From: an uncultured Chitinophagaceae bacterium
Lineage (GTDB): Bacteria > Bacteroidota > Ignavibacteria > UBA10030 > UBA8401
Reading direction: 5' to 3'
DNA: 64,000 nt
NCBI GenBank assembly: GCA_964642725.1
Contig: CAZXQG010000005.1
Coordinates: 16,597-80,596, forward strand
In this document: piece after piece, positions 63,818-64,000 of the stretch
Position numbering within the stretch: position 1 is the stretch's first letter
Layout of the letters: every line of letters begins with the position of its first letter
Translations under genes and position numbers: made by a program
The notes under the pieces: model-generated
The model's input: only the letters and a program-made list of their open reading frames with translations
What the model was told of the DNA's origin: nothing
Database searches by the model: none

Positions 63818-64000
63818 ATCGGATGGATAGAGTATGATAGATGATTTTGAGACTTCCCTTAAAAAGGATCAGCCCATTCCGCTATTGGCAGCAGAAACAA
63901 CGGAGAATTATCTGATTCATAAGAGAAATGCCATTAATGCCGCTATATGGGTTCTGACTTCTGTCTCCTGACTCCTAAAATCTTTCAGATCAATTCGCTC

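Overview
This 64-kb window reads as ordinary bacterial chromosome. Nearly all genes are housekeeping, and gene order and content suggest a Bacteroidota/Chlorobi/Ignavibacteria-like organism (about 50% GC, CIRCE-regulated groESL, YpdA-type bacillithiol disulfide reductase, weak Shine-Dalgarno use). I see no rRNA, CRISPR array, transposon or clear prophage.

Recognisable blocks, in order:
- A STAS anti-sigma antagonist, an rpiB with an N-terminal extension, rlpA, a GDP-mannose pyrophosphorylase, a Pro/Glu-rich tandem-repeat protein, and alr.
- atpD-atpC, ypdA, tRNA-Thr(CGU), then an outer-membrane protein / PSCyt1-like lipoprotein / thioredoxin-like lipoprotein trio.
- nadK, then an LPS-core cluster: GT2, O-antigen-ligase-like, GT9 heptosyltransferase, msbA.
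- leuS, a Xer-like tyrosine recombinase, then a palindrome-rich divergent promoter region, then proBA.
- A four-gene partner-switching cassette on the minus strand with no sigma-factor gene: membrane SpoIIE phosphatase, STAS antagonist, RsbW-like kinase, GAF-PP2C phosphatase.
- rpmB, pgsA-pgpA-cinA-thpR-recA-recX, two tandem AI-2E transporter paralogs, and an RNase-H-like exonuclease.
- An arsR-arsM-arsC-acr3 arsenic operon, bioY, an alpha/beta hydrolase, then prs-rplY(ctc)-pth and rpsF-rpsR-rplI.
- argH, M28 and M24 peptidases, groES-groEL behind a perfect CIRCE, rsmI, nadE.
- Lysine 6-aminotransferase plus aldehyde dehydrogenase (lysine to alpha-aminoadipate), purB, htrA, plsY, a lone larB, CBS / small PCP_red-like protein / cystathionine gamma-lyase, and a NUDIX hydrolase.

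The features most worth follow-up are the sigma-less partner-switching cassette, the repeat-containing PE-rich protein, the CX4CH PSCyt1-like lipoprotein, the palindromes upstream of proB, and the small ORF inside the transsulfuration operon. I did not find a convincing new defence or mobile system.
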